From positions 325,376-389,375 of the forward strand of contig CASDYC010000001.1 of assembly GCA_949285665.1 (NCBI GenBank): a DNA stretch of 64,000 nt, in the 5' to 3' direction. Positions 31,017-41,228 of the stretch are shown here, one piece after another. The stretch's first letter is position 1. The number at the start of each line of letters is the position of its first letter. The notes below the pieces were generated by a model. The model worked only from the letters and a program-made list of their open reading frames with translations. It did not search any database and was not told the origin of the DNA. A program made the position numbers and the translations under genes. This stretch comes from an uncultured bacterium. GTDB lineage: Bacteria; Bacillota_I; Bacilli_A; RFN20; CAG-826.

Positions 31017-32575
31017 AAGTCAATTTTCCCATATGTCTCTTCATAATCAACATTTTTATCTAAATTTGGAATAATCATTTCTGGATTTTCACTTGGATCA
31101 TCATAATAAAAAGTTGAACTTCCATAACCTTTTGTTGGAACATTAGCACCAAATTTAGATTGTACTTCGTATTCTTCTCTTGTAATGTATTCAACAGGAT
31201 AAAAATCATTACTTAAAACCATTTTTAATCCAACTTTTGAAAAAATTGGAGCACCAACTTGTTGAATAATTGAAGAAGCACCCGGATAATCAGTTGTGCT
31301 TGTCATATATTTTGCATAATTATAAACACTACTTGGTGATAAGTTTAATGTCAAAATATAACCATCAGTAGTTTTTACAATTGCTGAATCAAATTTTTCA
31401 CCACAAATATCACTACTTTCATTTAACATATATGATGTATATAGTTGATAATTAATTAAATCAAATGGTTGAATTCCATAATCTAAAACATAATCACTGA
31501 TTGTAGTATCAACTTTTTGAGAATAATTAACGAAATCAGCTTTAAAATTACTTTCAACTTTATCACCATAAGAAAAATAAATTTCTAAATCATTATAATT
31601 ATCTTTATTTAAAATTCTTTGAGAATATTGAGCATTACTACTATATGAAATAACTTCTTTCATTAAATGATCATTATTTTTAATAAAACCAGTATTTGTA
31701 CTTTGAACATTTGTAATAAATGCAGCTGTTGATCGTGCTTCATTATAACTTTTAGCAAGATAATTTTCTTTTAAATTTTGAACTCTTAAAAAACTAATTC
31801 TTGCAAGATCAGCAATAGAAAACTTATTTAAAATTTCTTTGCTTGCTAAATTAATTTTTTCAATTTCACCATTATAATCATTTTCTAAAATTGATTGAAA
31901 TTCTGTATATTTATCATCTACAATCTCACCATCTTTTAAAAATTCTGGAAAAATCATTAAATCTTCACCATTTTCTGGTTTAAAAGTTCTAAAACTATAA
32001 CTTTCATCCTCATTATGGCAAAGAATAAATTCATTATTTATTAAAACTTTATTTAAATAATATCCATCGTATGGTTCAAATTCTAAATCAATTGTTCTAT
32101 AAGCGTGAACTTCTTTTTCTTCAAATTTTTCACCATTATAAAGTATTTTTGCTTCGCCGTTATATTCATTATCTTCTATATGAACGCTTACAAATTCATC
32201 TTTATCATAATCTTGAGAGCTAACTAATTTGTAAACTGGTTCAATTGTATTTTGACCTTCTTTTAAATTGAAATAAAAATACTTATCAGTATTTGGAATA
32301 TACTTTTGATCATTAATATTGACATAATCTAAAAAATATTTAGAACTTGATGAGGAAATTTTAAAGTCAATTTCTTGTCCAATTTCACCTTCATTTGAAC
32401 TTAGATTTATATCAAAATCATCATTTTCATTAATAACTAAAACCTTACATGGACTAATTTTACTAACTTCTTGTGGTTTTCGATACATAGTTCCAATAAA
32501 CCAGCCTGTAGTTCCACCAATTACAGTTCCTGCGAAAGCGGTTAATACACTAAAAATAATAGTTTCCTTTTTCAT
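31013..32575 (-). CDS. Hypothetical membrane-anchored extracytoplasmic protein (N-terminal TM/signal anchor)
   Basis: N-terminal hydrophobic helix (IIFSVLTAFAGTVIGGTTGWFIGTMY) followed by a 490-aa hydrophilic domain rich in Y/N/D/S. Confidence 0.5.
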   Translation of the reverse strand: MKKETIIFSVLTAFAGTVIGGTTGWFIGTMYRKPQEVSKISPCKVLVINENDDFDINLSSNEGEIGQEIDFKISSSSSKYFLDYVNINDQKYIPNTDKYFYFNLKEGQNTIEPVYKLVSSQDYDKDEFVSVHIEDNEYNGEAKILYNGEKFEEKEVHAYRTIDLEFEPYDGYYLNKVLINNEFILCHNEDESYSFRTFKPENGEDLMIFPEFLKDGEIVDDKYTEFQSILENDYNGEIEKINLASKEILNKFSIADLARISFLRVQNLKENYLAKSYNEARSTAAFITNVQSTNTGFIKNNDHLMKEVISYSSNAQYSQRILNKDNYNDLEIYFSYGDKVESNFKADFVNYSQKVDTTISDYVLDYGIQPFDLINYQLYTSYMLNESSDICGEKFDSAIVKTTDGYILTLNLSPSSVYNYAKYMTSTTDYPGASSIIQQVGAPIFSKVGLKMVLSNDFYPVEYITREEYEVQSKFGANVPTKGYGSSTFYYDDPSENPEMIIPNLDKNVDYEETYGKIDL

Positions 32576-32636
32576 GCTAAAATTTTACTAAAAATATAAG
32601 TAAAAAACAAATAAATTATGCAAAAGTTGATTATTT

Positions 32637-32667
32637 TTTTGAAAACTACAATATCTAGTTTTCAAAA
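32637..32667. repeat. Perfect hyphenated palindrome TTTTGAAAACTA-caatatc-TAGTTTTCAAAA in a divergent promoter region (candidate operator)
   Basis: 12-bp arms are exact reverse complements. Lies just upstream of the -35 of the lipoprotein promoter. Confidence 0.5.
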
Positions 32668-32675
32668 CTAAATGG

Positions 32676-32703
32676 TTTACAAATATTATATTTATAGTAT
32701 AAT
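32676..32703 (+). promoter_or_regulatory. Sigma-A promoter (TTTACA, 16 nt, TATAAT) for the lipoprotein gene
   Basis: Hexamers read from the sequence. GGAGG RBS 7 nt before the ATG at 32725. Confidence 0.45.
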
Positions 32704-32724
32704 GTTAGTGTTATGGAGGAAATT

Positions 32725-34698
32725 ATGAAAAATAAAAGAAATTTAGCTGTGTTGTTATTAACAGGAACAATGCTTTTAGGTGTAACATCATGCGGAGAAA
32801 CATCTTCTAGTTTAACAACACAAGGTGAAACTGACAAAAAATCAAGTATTGTAATATCAGATGGAATTGTTGGTGGAGAAGTTTCAGTTGTTGGCGATTT
32901 AACTGAAACAAATATTGGATCAGATATTACAATTACTGCTTTACCAGATTTTGGTTATGAATTATTAAACGTTACAGTTAACGGAAAAGTAATTGCTGGT
33001 ACATCTGACCAAACTTATTCTTATACAGTAGATAAAGAGATCACTCTAATTAATGCCAACTTTGAAAAAATTCAAGGAGAATCATTAGTCGAAATTAATG
33101 GCGATTCAAAAGTCGGAATTAATAAAACGATTCAATTAAGTGCTAATCTTTACGGAGCTGGAGGACAAGTAACTTGGGAATCGTCAAATAAAGAAAGAGC
33201 AACAGTTGATAAAAATGGTTTAGTTACTGGTATTAAAGCAGGATTTGTTCAAATTACAGCTACTTCTGTCTTAGATCCAGAAGCAACAGCAACTACTTCA
33301 GTATTTGTTATGCCAAAATATGTTGAAGATATGTTATCAACATTTGAAACTTATGATTATTCAAAAGGCGCAAATATTGCTGCTAGTATTGGTGTTCACT
33401 TAATGGGAAATGAAACACCAATGGCAATACCATTAAGTCTTGATTTACAATTTGATAAATCATTACAAGCTGCTGAATTATATAATAACTTAAAATTCCA
33501 TTTAAATATGGATCTATCAAATATTGGATTTATTTTAGGATTAGTTCCAAATGTTGGTGATTTATTAACTTCCGTTGGTCTTGATTGGAGCGTTGATTCA
33601 TTAAAAACTGCAACTAATGTAGATATTTATTCACTTCAACCAAACAAATTACAAACAACTGTTACAAGTAAATTAAATTCAACATTATATACATCAGAAT
33701 ATACAGAGGATTCTATTGGAAGATTGGCTGGAGAACTTGTTTTCTCGTTATTACCAACAATTTTAGGAATTTTACCATCTGATGGTAGTGATTCTTCAAC
33801 TAGTTTTGATTTAAATTCAATTCTTACTTTATTAGATTCAATTTTAATTTATGGAGAAAAAGCTGAAGATGGTATTTCTATATCTCCTATTATTATTGAA
33901 TTATTAAATACACAAATTTGGCCTTCTGTTTTAGATACTATTAAAACATCTGCAGGAGCAATGGGACCTTTAGCTTTAATGATGTTACCAGAAAGTATTA
34001 GTGAAGCAAGACTTATCTTTAATTATGATGAAAATAATAAATTTACAGGATTAAAATTAACAGTTAAAGGTTATTATTCTCACTCAGAAGATGAAAATCC
34101 AGAAGATTATAATAAGAGTTTTGTAACAATTACTTTAGATACACCAAAAGAAATGAGTAAAGATTTTGATACATTAGAAACAGAATTAAATCAAAAAATT
34201 GAAGAATATAATTCTGTACTTTCTTTAAAAAATGAATTTGCTGATGTTGAAAAATTTGTTGAAGACAATAAACTTTCTTCAACTTTTGAAAAAATTAAAA
34301 ATGAAGAATATATTGAAAAATTAACAAGTATTTGGCAAAGAGCTTATTCAAAAGAAGGATTATTTAGAGATACAACTGTAAGACCAATTGTTTCTTTAAA
34401 AATTATTGATCCTGAAACTCAAGCAGAAATGAGTGAAGATTTTACAATTTCTGCTGGAAAAACATATAACTACGAATTAACTTATTATGGTTTTCCAAGT
34501 GAAATTAATACAAATGAAATTACATTAAATTTCAAGAGTAACTATTTTAAATCAATTGACACGACAAATAAAACATTTACAACTGTTGATTCATTTGAAA
34601 ATGTCGATGAAAGTAATGTTACATTTACTGCAACATATACAACAAATACATCGTTTAAAATTGAAACTCCAACCTTTACATTTTTAACAGATTTATAA
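32725..34698 (+). CDS. Surface lipoprotein with a bacterial Ig-like (Big_2) domain
   Basis: Signal peptide plus lipobox LGVTSC. A Big_2-like segment (VTWESSNKERATVDKNGLVTGIKAGFVQITATS). The ORF-track start at 32713 is an RBS-embedded ATG. Confidence 0.7.
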   Translation: MKNKRNLAVLLLTGTMLLGVTSCGETSSSLTTQGETDKKSSIVISDGIVGGEVSVVGDLTETNIGSDITITALPDFGYELLNVTVNGKVIAGTSDQTYSYTVDKEITLINANFEKIQGESLVEINGDSKVGINKTIQLSANLYGAGGQVTWESSNKERATVDKNGLVTGIKAGFVQITATSVLDPEATATTSVFVMPKYVEDMLSTFETYDYSKGANIAASIGVHLMGNETPMAIPLSLDLQFDKSLQAAELYNNLKFHLNMDLSNIGFILGLVPNVGDLLTSVGLDWSVDSLKTATNVDIYSLQPNKLQTTVTSKLNSTLYTSEYTEDSIGRLAGELVFSLLPTILGILPSDGSDSSTSFDLNSILTLLDSILIYGEKAEDGISISPIIIELLNTQIWPSVLDTIKTSAGAMGPLALMMLPESISEARLIFNYDENNKFTGLKLTVKGYYSHSEDENPEDYNKSFVTITLDTPKEMSKDFDTLETELNQKIEEYNSVLSLKNEFADVEKFVEDNKLSSTFEKIKNEEYIEKLTSIWQRAYSKEGLFRDTTVRPIVSLKIIDPETQAEMSEDFTISAGKTYNYELTYYGFPSEINTNEITLNFKSNYFKSIDTTNKTFTTVDSFENVDESNVTFTATYTTNTSFKIETPTFTFLTDL

Positions 34699-34720
34699 TA
34701 ATAATTTATAAAGAGTAAAT

Positions 34721-34757
34721 AAAAACACTTCAATTGTCAAAATTGAAGTGTTTTTTT
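34721..34757. terminator. Bidirectional rho-independent terminator between convergent genes
   Basis: 15-bp perfect stem (AAAAACACTTCAATT/AATTGAAGTGTTTTT) with a 5-nt loop, flanked by T-runs on both strands. Confidence 0.75.
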
Positions 34758-34768
34758 ATCTATATTTT

Positions 34769-36235
34769 TTAGTTCTTGTTTTTTAAATATAATTGACGAT
34801 ATTGTTCAAATTTCTTTTGATAAATAATATGATTTTTTAAATTAGGCATATAAATATCTTTATCATGAACTAATTCATCACACGCTTCTTTTAAATATTT
34901 ATATTGTTTATCGCCATACATCGCAAGAATAATAGCACCAAGGGCACCACCATCAGAGGTTGAAATAGTTTTAATTTTAATTCCAAAAATGTCAGCTAAT
35001 AATTGCATCCATTTTTTATTTCTACTACCTCCACCAATAACTCTTGCTTCTTTAAAGTCAAGATTTAAATCTTTCATAATTGAAAAAACATCATATAAAG
35101 AATAAGAAATTCCTTCAACTACGGCTTTTGTCATATCTCCTCTTTTATATATGGCATTTAAATTTGCAAACATACCTTTGGCATTTGGATCATTAATTGG
35201 GGATCTTTCACCCATTAAATATGGTAAAAATAAGATATCATTCATATTATTAATGTCAACATTTTCAAATTCATCATCATAATTTTTGATATTTAAAACA
35301 TCTTTAAACCACCAATTAAGTGATCCTGCACAAGATAATGTGCAACCCATTAATAAAAATTTACCATTTGCATGTCTAAAGCTATGGATTCTTCCTAATT
35401 TATCATATGCATAATTATCAATGCTTGAAAATACGACACCAGAAGTTCCAAGAGAAATAAATAAATCATCATTTGAAATTGTTGCTGTTCCAATTGCACC
35501 AACTGCTTGATCTCCACCCCCAATTACAACTTTAGTTTTATTTGATAAACCACTTAATTTAGCAAATTCATCACTGACATTTCCTATAACATCATATGAA
35601 TTATAAATTACAGGTAATTGACTAGGATTAATTCCTAAAATGTCTAGCATTTTAATTGAGTAAACATTATTTTTTACATCAAAAAATAATGTTCCACTTA
35701 AATCAGATACATCACTTGCAAAAACTCCAGAAATTTTATAAGCAAGATAATCTTTTGGAAGCATTATCTTATTTATTTTTTTGAAATTTTCTGGTTCATT
35801 TTTTCTAAGCCATAAAATTTTTGGTGCAGTAAAACCACAAAGTGCGATATTTGATGTATATTCAATTAATTTATTTACACCAATTACTTTATTTAGATAA
35901 TCAACTTCTTTAACAGTTCTTGAATCATTCCATAAAATTGCTGGTCTAATAACTTTATCATTTTCATCTAAAACAACTAAGCCGTGCATTTGACCACAAA
36001 ATGATAAGCTTGCAACTTTTGATAAATCTACTTCTTTATTTAATCTTTTTAATACATTAATTAAGGCATTATACCAATCATCAGGATTTTGTTCAGTCCA
36101 ATTTTCATTAGGCATTAAAAGAGGGTAAGATTCACTCTCACTTAAAAGAATCTTACCCTTATAATCAGAAATGCTAACTTTTATAGATGAAGTTCCAAGG
36201 TCAATACCTAAATAATACTTGTCTATATTTTGCAT
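34769..36235 (-). CDS. xylB: Xylulokinase (FGGY family)
   Basis: N-terminal YLGIDLGTSSIK and FGGY C-terminal motifs. Directly downstream of xylA. The ATG is at 36235; the track start at 36253 is a TTG. Confidence 0.8.
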   Translation of the reverse strand: MQNIDKYYLGIDLGTSSIKVSISDYKGKILLSESESYPLLMPNENWTEQNPDDWYNALINVLKRLNKEVDLSKVASLSFCGQMHGLVVLDENDKVIRPAILWNDSRTVKEVDYLNKVIGVNKLIEYTSNIALCGFTAPKILWLRKNEPENFKKINKIMLPKDYLAYKISGVFASDVSDLSGTLFFDVKNNVYSIKMLDILGINPSQLPVIYNSYDVIGNVSDEFAKLSGLSNKTKVVIGGGDQAVGAIGTATISNDDLFISLGTSGVVFSSIDNYAYDKLGRIHSFRHANGKFLLMGCTLSCAGSLNWWFKDVLNIKNYDDEFENVDINNMNDILFLPYLMGERSPINDPNAKGMFANLNAIYKRGDMTKAVVEGISYSLYDVFSIMKDLNLDFKEARVIGGGSRNKKWMQLLADIFGIKIKTISTSDGGALGAIILAMYGDKQYKYLKEACDELVHDKDIYMPNLKNHIIYQKKFEQYRQLYLKNKN

Positions 36236-36242
36236 TTTCTTA

Positions 36243-37556
36243 TTATTTTCCAAACATTACTTCGTTTACAATAGTTTCTAAGTATTCTTGTCGACCACTT
36301 TCAACATTTATTTCATTATTATTTAAAGCATATTCTGCTAATTCTTTAAAATCAGTTGTGCCATCGACAATCTTTTTACCAATACCAGATTTATAAGAAT
36401 CATATCTATGATTTACAAAATCATCAATTCTTCCATCTTCGATTAATTTATATGCTAATCTTAAACCTAAAGCAAATGTATCCATACCAGCAATGTATGC
36501 TAATAAAATATCTTCTAATGTATTAGATGGTCTTCTAGTTTTAGCATCAAAGTTTAAACCACCATTTGTAAATCCGCCAGCTTTAATAACTTCATACATT
36601 GCATATAAAGCATTGTATACATCTGTTGGGAATTGGTCAGTATCCCAACCTAATAAATAATCGCCTTGGTTTGCATCAATACTACAAAATACACCATTAT
36701 CTCGAGCGACTCTTAATTCGTGTTGGAAAGTATGACCAGCAAGTGTAGCATGGTTTGCTTCAATATTAAGTTTAAAATCACCTAATAAACCATAAGTTCT
36801 TAAGAAGTTACAACAAGTTGCACTATCAAAATCATATTGATGTTTTGTTGGTTCTTTTGGTTTTGGTTCTAATAAATAATCACCTTTAAATCCAACACTT
36901 CTTCCATAATCTCTAGCCATTTTGAAAAATCTAGCTAAATTATCTTGTTCTAATTTCATGTTTGTATTTAAAAGTGTTTCATAACCCTCTCTTCCACCCC
37001 AAAATACATAAGCGGTTCCGCCAAGTCTAACATCTGCATCAATACATGCTTTAACTTTTGCAGCAGCAAGTGCAAATACATCAGCATTTGGAGAAGTTGC
37101 AGCGCCATTCATAAATACTTTATCACCAAAGTTATTAGCTGTTGACCATAATAATTTTTGAGAATGAGTTTCTTGTTTTTTAGCAAGATAATCAACCATA
37201 TGATTAAAATTAGCTAAAGTTTCTTTAAAATCTTTACCTTGTGGAGCAATATCAACATCATGGAAACAATAATAATCAATTGATAATTTGTCCATTAAAT
37301 CAAAAGCTAAATCTGCTTTTGCTTCATAAATTTTCATTGGATCTGTTTGTCCAAAGTTTTTATCTTCAGTTGGTCCGCCAAACATATCAACGCCACAATA
37401 ATCCATTGTATGCCACCATGAAAGAGCAAATTTTAAATGTTCTCTCATTTTTTTACCAGAAATTACTTCATCAGGATTATAAAATTTAAAACTGAATGGT
37501 TCTTTGCTAGTAGGACCTAAATATTCTACTTTTTTAATATCTTTATAACTTTTCAT
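36243..37556 (-). CDS. xylA: Xylose isomerase (class II)
   Basis: 437 aa with conserved blocks ([21 protein letters not shown], catalytic His/Asp). Confidence 0.9.
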   Translation of the reverse strand: MKSYKDIKKVEYLGPTSKEPFSFKFYNPDEVISGKKMREHLKFALSWWHTMDYCGVDMFGGPTEDKNFGQTDPMKIYEAKADLAFDLMDKLSIDYYCFHDVDIAPQGKDFKETLANFNHMVDYLAKKQETHSQKLLWSTANNFGDKVFMNGAATSPNADVFALAAAKVKACIDADVRLGGTAYVFWGGREGYETLLNTNMKLEQDNLARFFKMARDYGRSVGFKGDYLLEPKPKEPTKHQYDFDSATCCNFLRTYGLLGDFKLNIEANHATLAGHTFQHELRVARDNGVFCSIDANQGDYLLGWDTDQFPTDVYNALYAMYEVIKAGGFTNGGLNFDAKTRRPSNTLEDILLAYIAGMDTFALGLRLAYKLIEDGRIDDFVNHRYDSYKSGIGKKIVDGTTDFKELAEYALNNNEINVESGRQEYLETIVNEVMFGK

Positions 37557-37601
37557 TTTAATACTCCTTTCTTATTTAGTATTTTTGAAAAATTAGTATA
37601 T

Positions 37602-39638
37602 TTATTTTCTATTTTTCATGATGTTGTTTAATCTCTCATTTAATTTAGAATCGACAGCATCTTTTTCTTTTACAGCTTTTTCTTCTTCTTGCTTTTTAAG
37701 TTCAGCTTTTTCAGCTTTTAATTTTTCGTTTTCAGCAAGTTTTGTTTTTCTTAATTCTTCTTTTTCATGGTCTTTTTGAATTTGAATTACATATTGATCT
37801 TCTTTTTCTTTATCAACTTCTTGTTGTTTTAAAATTAATTCGTCCATTTTTGTTTGATAAATATTTAAATCAGATTTATATGTTTCTTCTAATTTTGCAC
37901 TTCTAACTTTAATATCTTCTTTTTCTTTATTAAATTTAGTAGTTTCTTTTTCAAATACATTATTTATTTTTATTTTTAAGCTTTCATCATCTGCATAATT
38001 TAAAGCAAAATTTTTTAAGTGTTCGATTTGCTTTAAGCTAACACCAAGTTCATTTTGAAGTTTAAGAATGAATTTCTTAGTTTCATATTCTTGTTTCATT
38101 TGATCAAGAATTAAATCTTTTTCATATGAATAATATAAATTTAATCTTGGTGCTACTTCTTCTTTTTTGTTTTTTAATAAATATGTATTATATTGTTTTA
38201 AGTTAAGTAATTTAGCTTTTTTATCATTAATTTCTTCATTTAATTTTTCATCCTTATCATGGACTTCACGATAAACTTTTGCTTTTTCAATTAAAACAAT
38301 ATATTTATTATTTAACTTCTTTAATATAGTTTCTTTTTGATCTAATAATTCATTAATCTTTTTAACAATTTCTTCCTCGCTTAATTTTGTTGAATGATTA
38401 ACTTTATTAATTTTATTTTCAAAATCTTTTTCAACTTTTTCAACTTTATTCTTATATTCTGCATCTAATAATAGATCTTTATTTGGTACATAAATAAGAT
38501 TGAATTTCTGTAAGAAATAAATTGCTTTATCTTTATCAAAATGTAAAACTTGAATTAAAATAGCAATAATTAAGATTGCACCTTTAATTGCATCATTTAA
38601 GAATGGGTTTAAATTTAAAGCAGAAATAATTTTATCAATTGTTTGGAAAGCGGCGATACCAAAGATAACACCAATAATACTACCTTTACCACCAGTCATT
38701 GCGATACCACCTAAGACAACAGCAGCGATTGCAGAAAGTTCATAAGAATTACCAGTTGAAGAAGTATCTAAGTTACCTCTTGAGGCAATATGTAAGAAAC
38801 CTGCAAATCCAACTAATGCACCAGCAATTGAAAATACAAGGGTTTTAATCCAATTAGATTTAATACCAACTAAGGTTGCAGCTTTTGGATTACTACCAAC
38901 AGCATAAATTTTTCTTCCAAATTTTGTATATTTAGTCATTAACCAAATTAATACAGCAACAAGAATAAATAAAATAGTTGGAAGGGTAATTGAAGCAAAT
39001 TGTACAGCACCTAATTCTCTAACCCAGTTATTTAATCCTGGTCCATAATTTAACATGTTTAAAATTGAACCATTAACCCAACTTGAAGTTTCAGCAGTTG
39101 TTCTTGTAACATCACCAATGTATTGAGCAAAGCTTCTAAAAATTAATGTTGTTGCAAGAGTAACGATGAATGATGGCATTTTAACAATACCAACAAAAAA
39201 TCCGTTAATAAATCCAAATAATAAACCAGTACCAATTGATACTAGTAAACACACAAAGAAGCCAAGAGCTGTGTTCCCAAGTGCGACAATTACGTTGTTA
39301 TATGCAATAATTGATATTGTAATCGATAAAGCATACATACTACCAACCGATAAATCGATCTCACCAAGAAGAACAATCAATCCCATACCTACGGCAACAA
39401 TTCCAATAAATATGGATGATGAGAAAATGTTTGTAAATAAATTCCAGTTAAAGTATCTAATGGTTGAAAGAATATAAATAACTAAAACTACTAAGAAAAT
39501 GTAAAGATAATTAGCTTTTGACCAGGTCTTTTTAAAGAAACCTTTTGTTGCTTTACCAAATTCTTTTCCAGTTATTCTTCTTTGGAATGTCTCGTTATTA
39601 CCATAAAAGGAATCAGTAATACTAAAAGGATTAGTCAT
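37602..39638 (-). CDS. CUT2-family sugar ABC transporter permease (XylH/RbsC-like) fused to a K/E-rich coiled-coil C-terminal tail of about 330 aa
   Basis: The N-terminal ~350 aa form a polytopic permease with an EAA-like loop region. Residues from ~350 to 678 are uninterrupted charged heptad-like sequence (EKVEKDFENKINK...KLKAEKAELKKQEEEK). Confidence 0.75.
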   Translation of the reverse strand: MTNPFSITDSFYGNNETFQRRITGKEFGKATKGFFKKTWSKANYLYIFLVVLVIYILSTIRYFNWNLFTNIFSSSIFIGIVAVGMGLIVLLGEIDLSVGSMYALSITISIIAYNNVIVALGNTALGFFVCLLVSIGTGLLFGFINGFFVGIVKMPSFIVTLATTLIFRSFAQYIGDVTRTTAETSSWVNGSILNMLNYGPGLNNWVRELGAVQFASITLPTILFILVAVLIWLMTKYTKFGRKIYAVGSNPKAATLVGIKSNWIKTLVFSIAGALVGFAGFLHIASRGNLDTSSTGNSYELSAIAAVVLGGIAMTGGKGSIIGVIFGIAAFQTIDKIISALNLNPFLNDAIKGAILIIAILIQVLHFDKDKAIYFLQKFNLIYVPNKDLLLDAEYKNKVEKVEKDFENKINKVNHSTKLSEEEIVKKINELLDQKETILKKLNNKYIVLIEKAKVYREVHDKDEKLNEEINDKKAKLLNLKQYNTYLLKNKKEEVAPRLNLYYSYEKDLILDQMKQEYETKKFILKLQNELGVSLKQIEHLKNFALNYADDESLKIKINNVFEKETTKFNKEKEDIKVRSAKLEETYKSDLNIYQTKMDELILKQQEVDKEKEDQYVIQIQKDHEKEELRKTKLAENEKLKAEKAELKKQEEEKAVKEKDAVDSKLNERLNNIMKNRK

Positions 39639-41130
39639 TGTTTTCTACCTCCGTTTTGTTTGCGCTTGTTGCATAATACATGACTTTTTCTTCGGTAACT
39701 TCGTCATGATTAAGAATTTTTTCTATTGTGCCGTGATAGAAAACGCAACACCTATCAGCACATTTCATAATTTCTGGAACTTCTAACGTATTGAAAATAA
39801 TTGTTTTTCCTTGTTCAGCAAGTTCAAGAAGTAATTTATAAATTTCAGCTTTTGCGCCGACATCAATACCTTGTGTTGGATTATCAAGTAATAATATATC
39901 TGCATTAGTCTTTAACCAACGACCAATAATGACTTTTTGTTGATTACCACCACTTAAAGAAACAAGTAAATCATTACTAGAATTTGCTTTTATATTTAAT
40001 TGTTTTTTATAATTTTCATATAAAATTCTTTCTTTTTTTGGTGAAAAACCAATTTTACCACTAATACTATTGGAAGCAACTGATGTGTTATCTAAAATAG
40101 TTAATGAATCAAAGACAGAATTTTCTTTTCTATTTGAAGGAACCATTCCAACTTTATCTTTCATAACTTTTTTAATAGATTTATTTGTTAGTTGGTTATC
40201 AAATGCAATAGCATCTCCACTATTTGACTTTACAACTCCAAACATTGCTTGCATCAATTCACTACTTCCAGCACCTTGAAGTCCAGTAAAACCAATAATT
40301 TCACCTTTTCTAACTTCTAAATTAACATCATGAAATCCAGGTCCACTGTAATTAACTAATTTTAAAACTACGTCGCCTAGTTCTCTTTTTCGATAATAAT
40401 CTTTATTATCATATCCCTCACCAACAATATCTTTTGTAATTTGTTCTGGAGTAGTATCGCTTATTTTTCCACTAGATATACAATAACCATTTCTTAAAAC
40501 TGTATATTCATCACATAATTTGAAAATTTCTGGCATTTTATGTGAAATAAATATGAAGGTTTTACCGTGTTTTTTGAGGTTATTGATTATATTAAAGAAG
40601 TGGTCAATTTCTTCATTAGACAAAGCTGTTGTAGGTTCATCTAAAATAAACAAATCAGCATTAGCAAATAACGCTTTTGAAATTTCAAGTAATTGCTTTT
40701 TACCAGTTGATAAATTGGCCACTAAATCATTCGCGTCGATATCAACACCTAATTCTTTGAAAAGATTATTTGACTTTTCAATCATAGTTTTTGAATCGAT
40801 AAATCCAAATTTTTTAATTTCCTTAGTTATAAATATATTTTCATATACTTTTAAGTCGTTAAATAAATTTATTTCTTGGTGAACAAATGCAACACCTAAT
40901 TTTTCAGCTGCATTAACATTTAAGTTTCCGGTTTCTTTACCATCTATTTTAATAACGCCAGAATCTAATTGATAAACACCACCTAAAATATTCATCAATG
41001 TCGATTTACCAGCGCCATTTTCACCAATTAAAGCATGAATTGTGCCTTTTTTAACTTTTAAGGAAACATTATGCAAAACTTGAACACCAAAGAATGATTT
41101 GTTAATGTTGATCATTTCAAGTTTGAGCAT
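39631..41130 (-). CDS. Sugar ABC transporter ATP-binding protein with two nucleotide-binding domains (XylG/RbsA-like)
   Basis: Two Walker A sites (GENGAGKST and GLQGAGSSE) and two LSGG signatures. 499 aa. Confidence 0.85.
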   Translation of the reverse strand: MLKLEMININKSFFGVQVLHNVSLKVKKGTIHALIGENGAGKSTLMNILGGVYQLDSGVIKIDGKETGNLNVNAAEKLGVAFVHQEINLFNDLKVYENIFITKEIKKFGFIDSKTMIEKSNNLFKELGVDIDANDLVANLSTGKKQLLEISKALFANADLFILDEPTTALSNEEIDHFFNIINNLKKHGKTFIFISHKMPEIFKLCDEYTVLRNGYCISSGKISDTTPEQITKDIVGEGYDNKDYYRKRELGDVVLKLVNYSGPGFHDVNLEVRKGEIIGFTGLQGAGSSELMQAMFGVVKSNSGDAIAFDNQLTNKSIKKVMKDKVGMVPSNRKENSVFDSLTILDNTSVASNSISGKIGFSPKKERILYENYKKQLNIKANSSNDLLVSLSGGNQQKVIIGRWLKTNADILLLDNPTQGIDVGAKAEIYKLLLELAEQGKTIIFNTLEVPEIMKCADRCCVFYHGTIEKILNHDEVTEEKVMYYATSANKTEVENND

Positions 41131-41228
41131 TCTCTTTTCCCTCCTTTTTTAATAAATTGGAGGTCATATTTCATTATGACCTCCAATAATTTAATCTTTA
41201 ATTTATTTTATTTAATGTTATCTTACAA

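Noticed and set aside
37602-38600. Repetitive K/E codon tracts (also 51500-52300 in rseP), considered as a possible CRISPR array or tandem DNA repeat.
   Set aside because: There are no regularly spaced identical repeats. The periodicity is at the amino-acid level within continuous ORFs, so this is low-complexity coding sequence.
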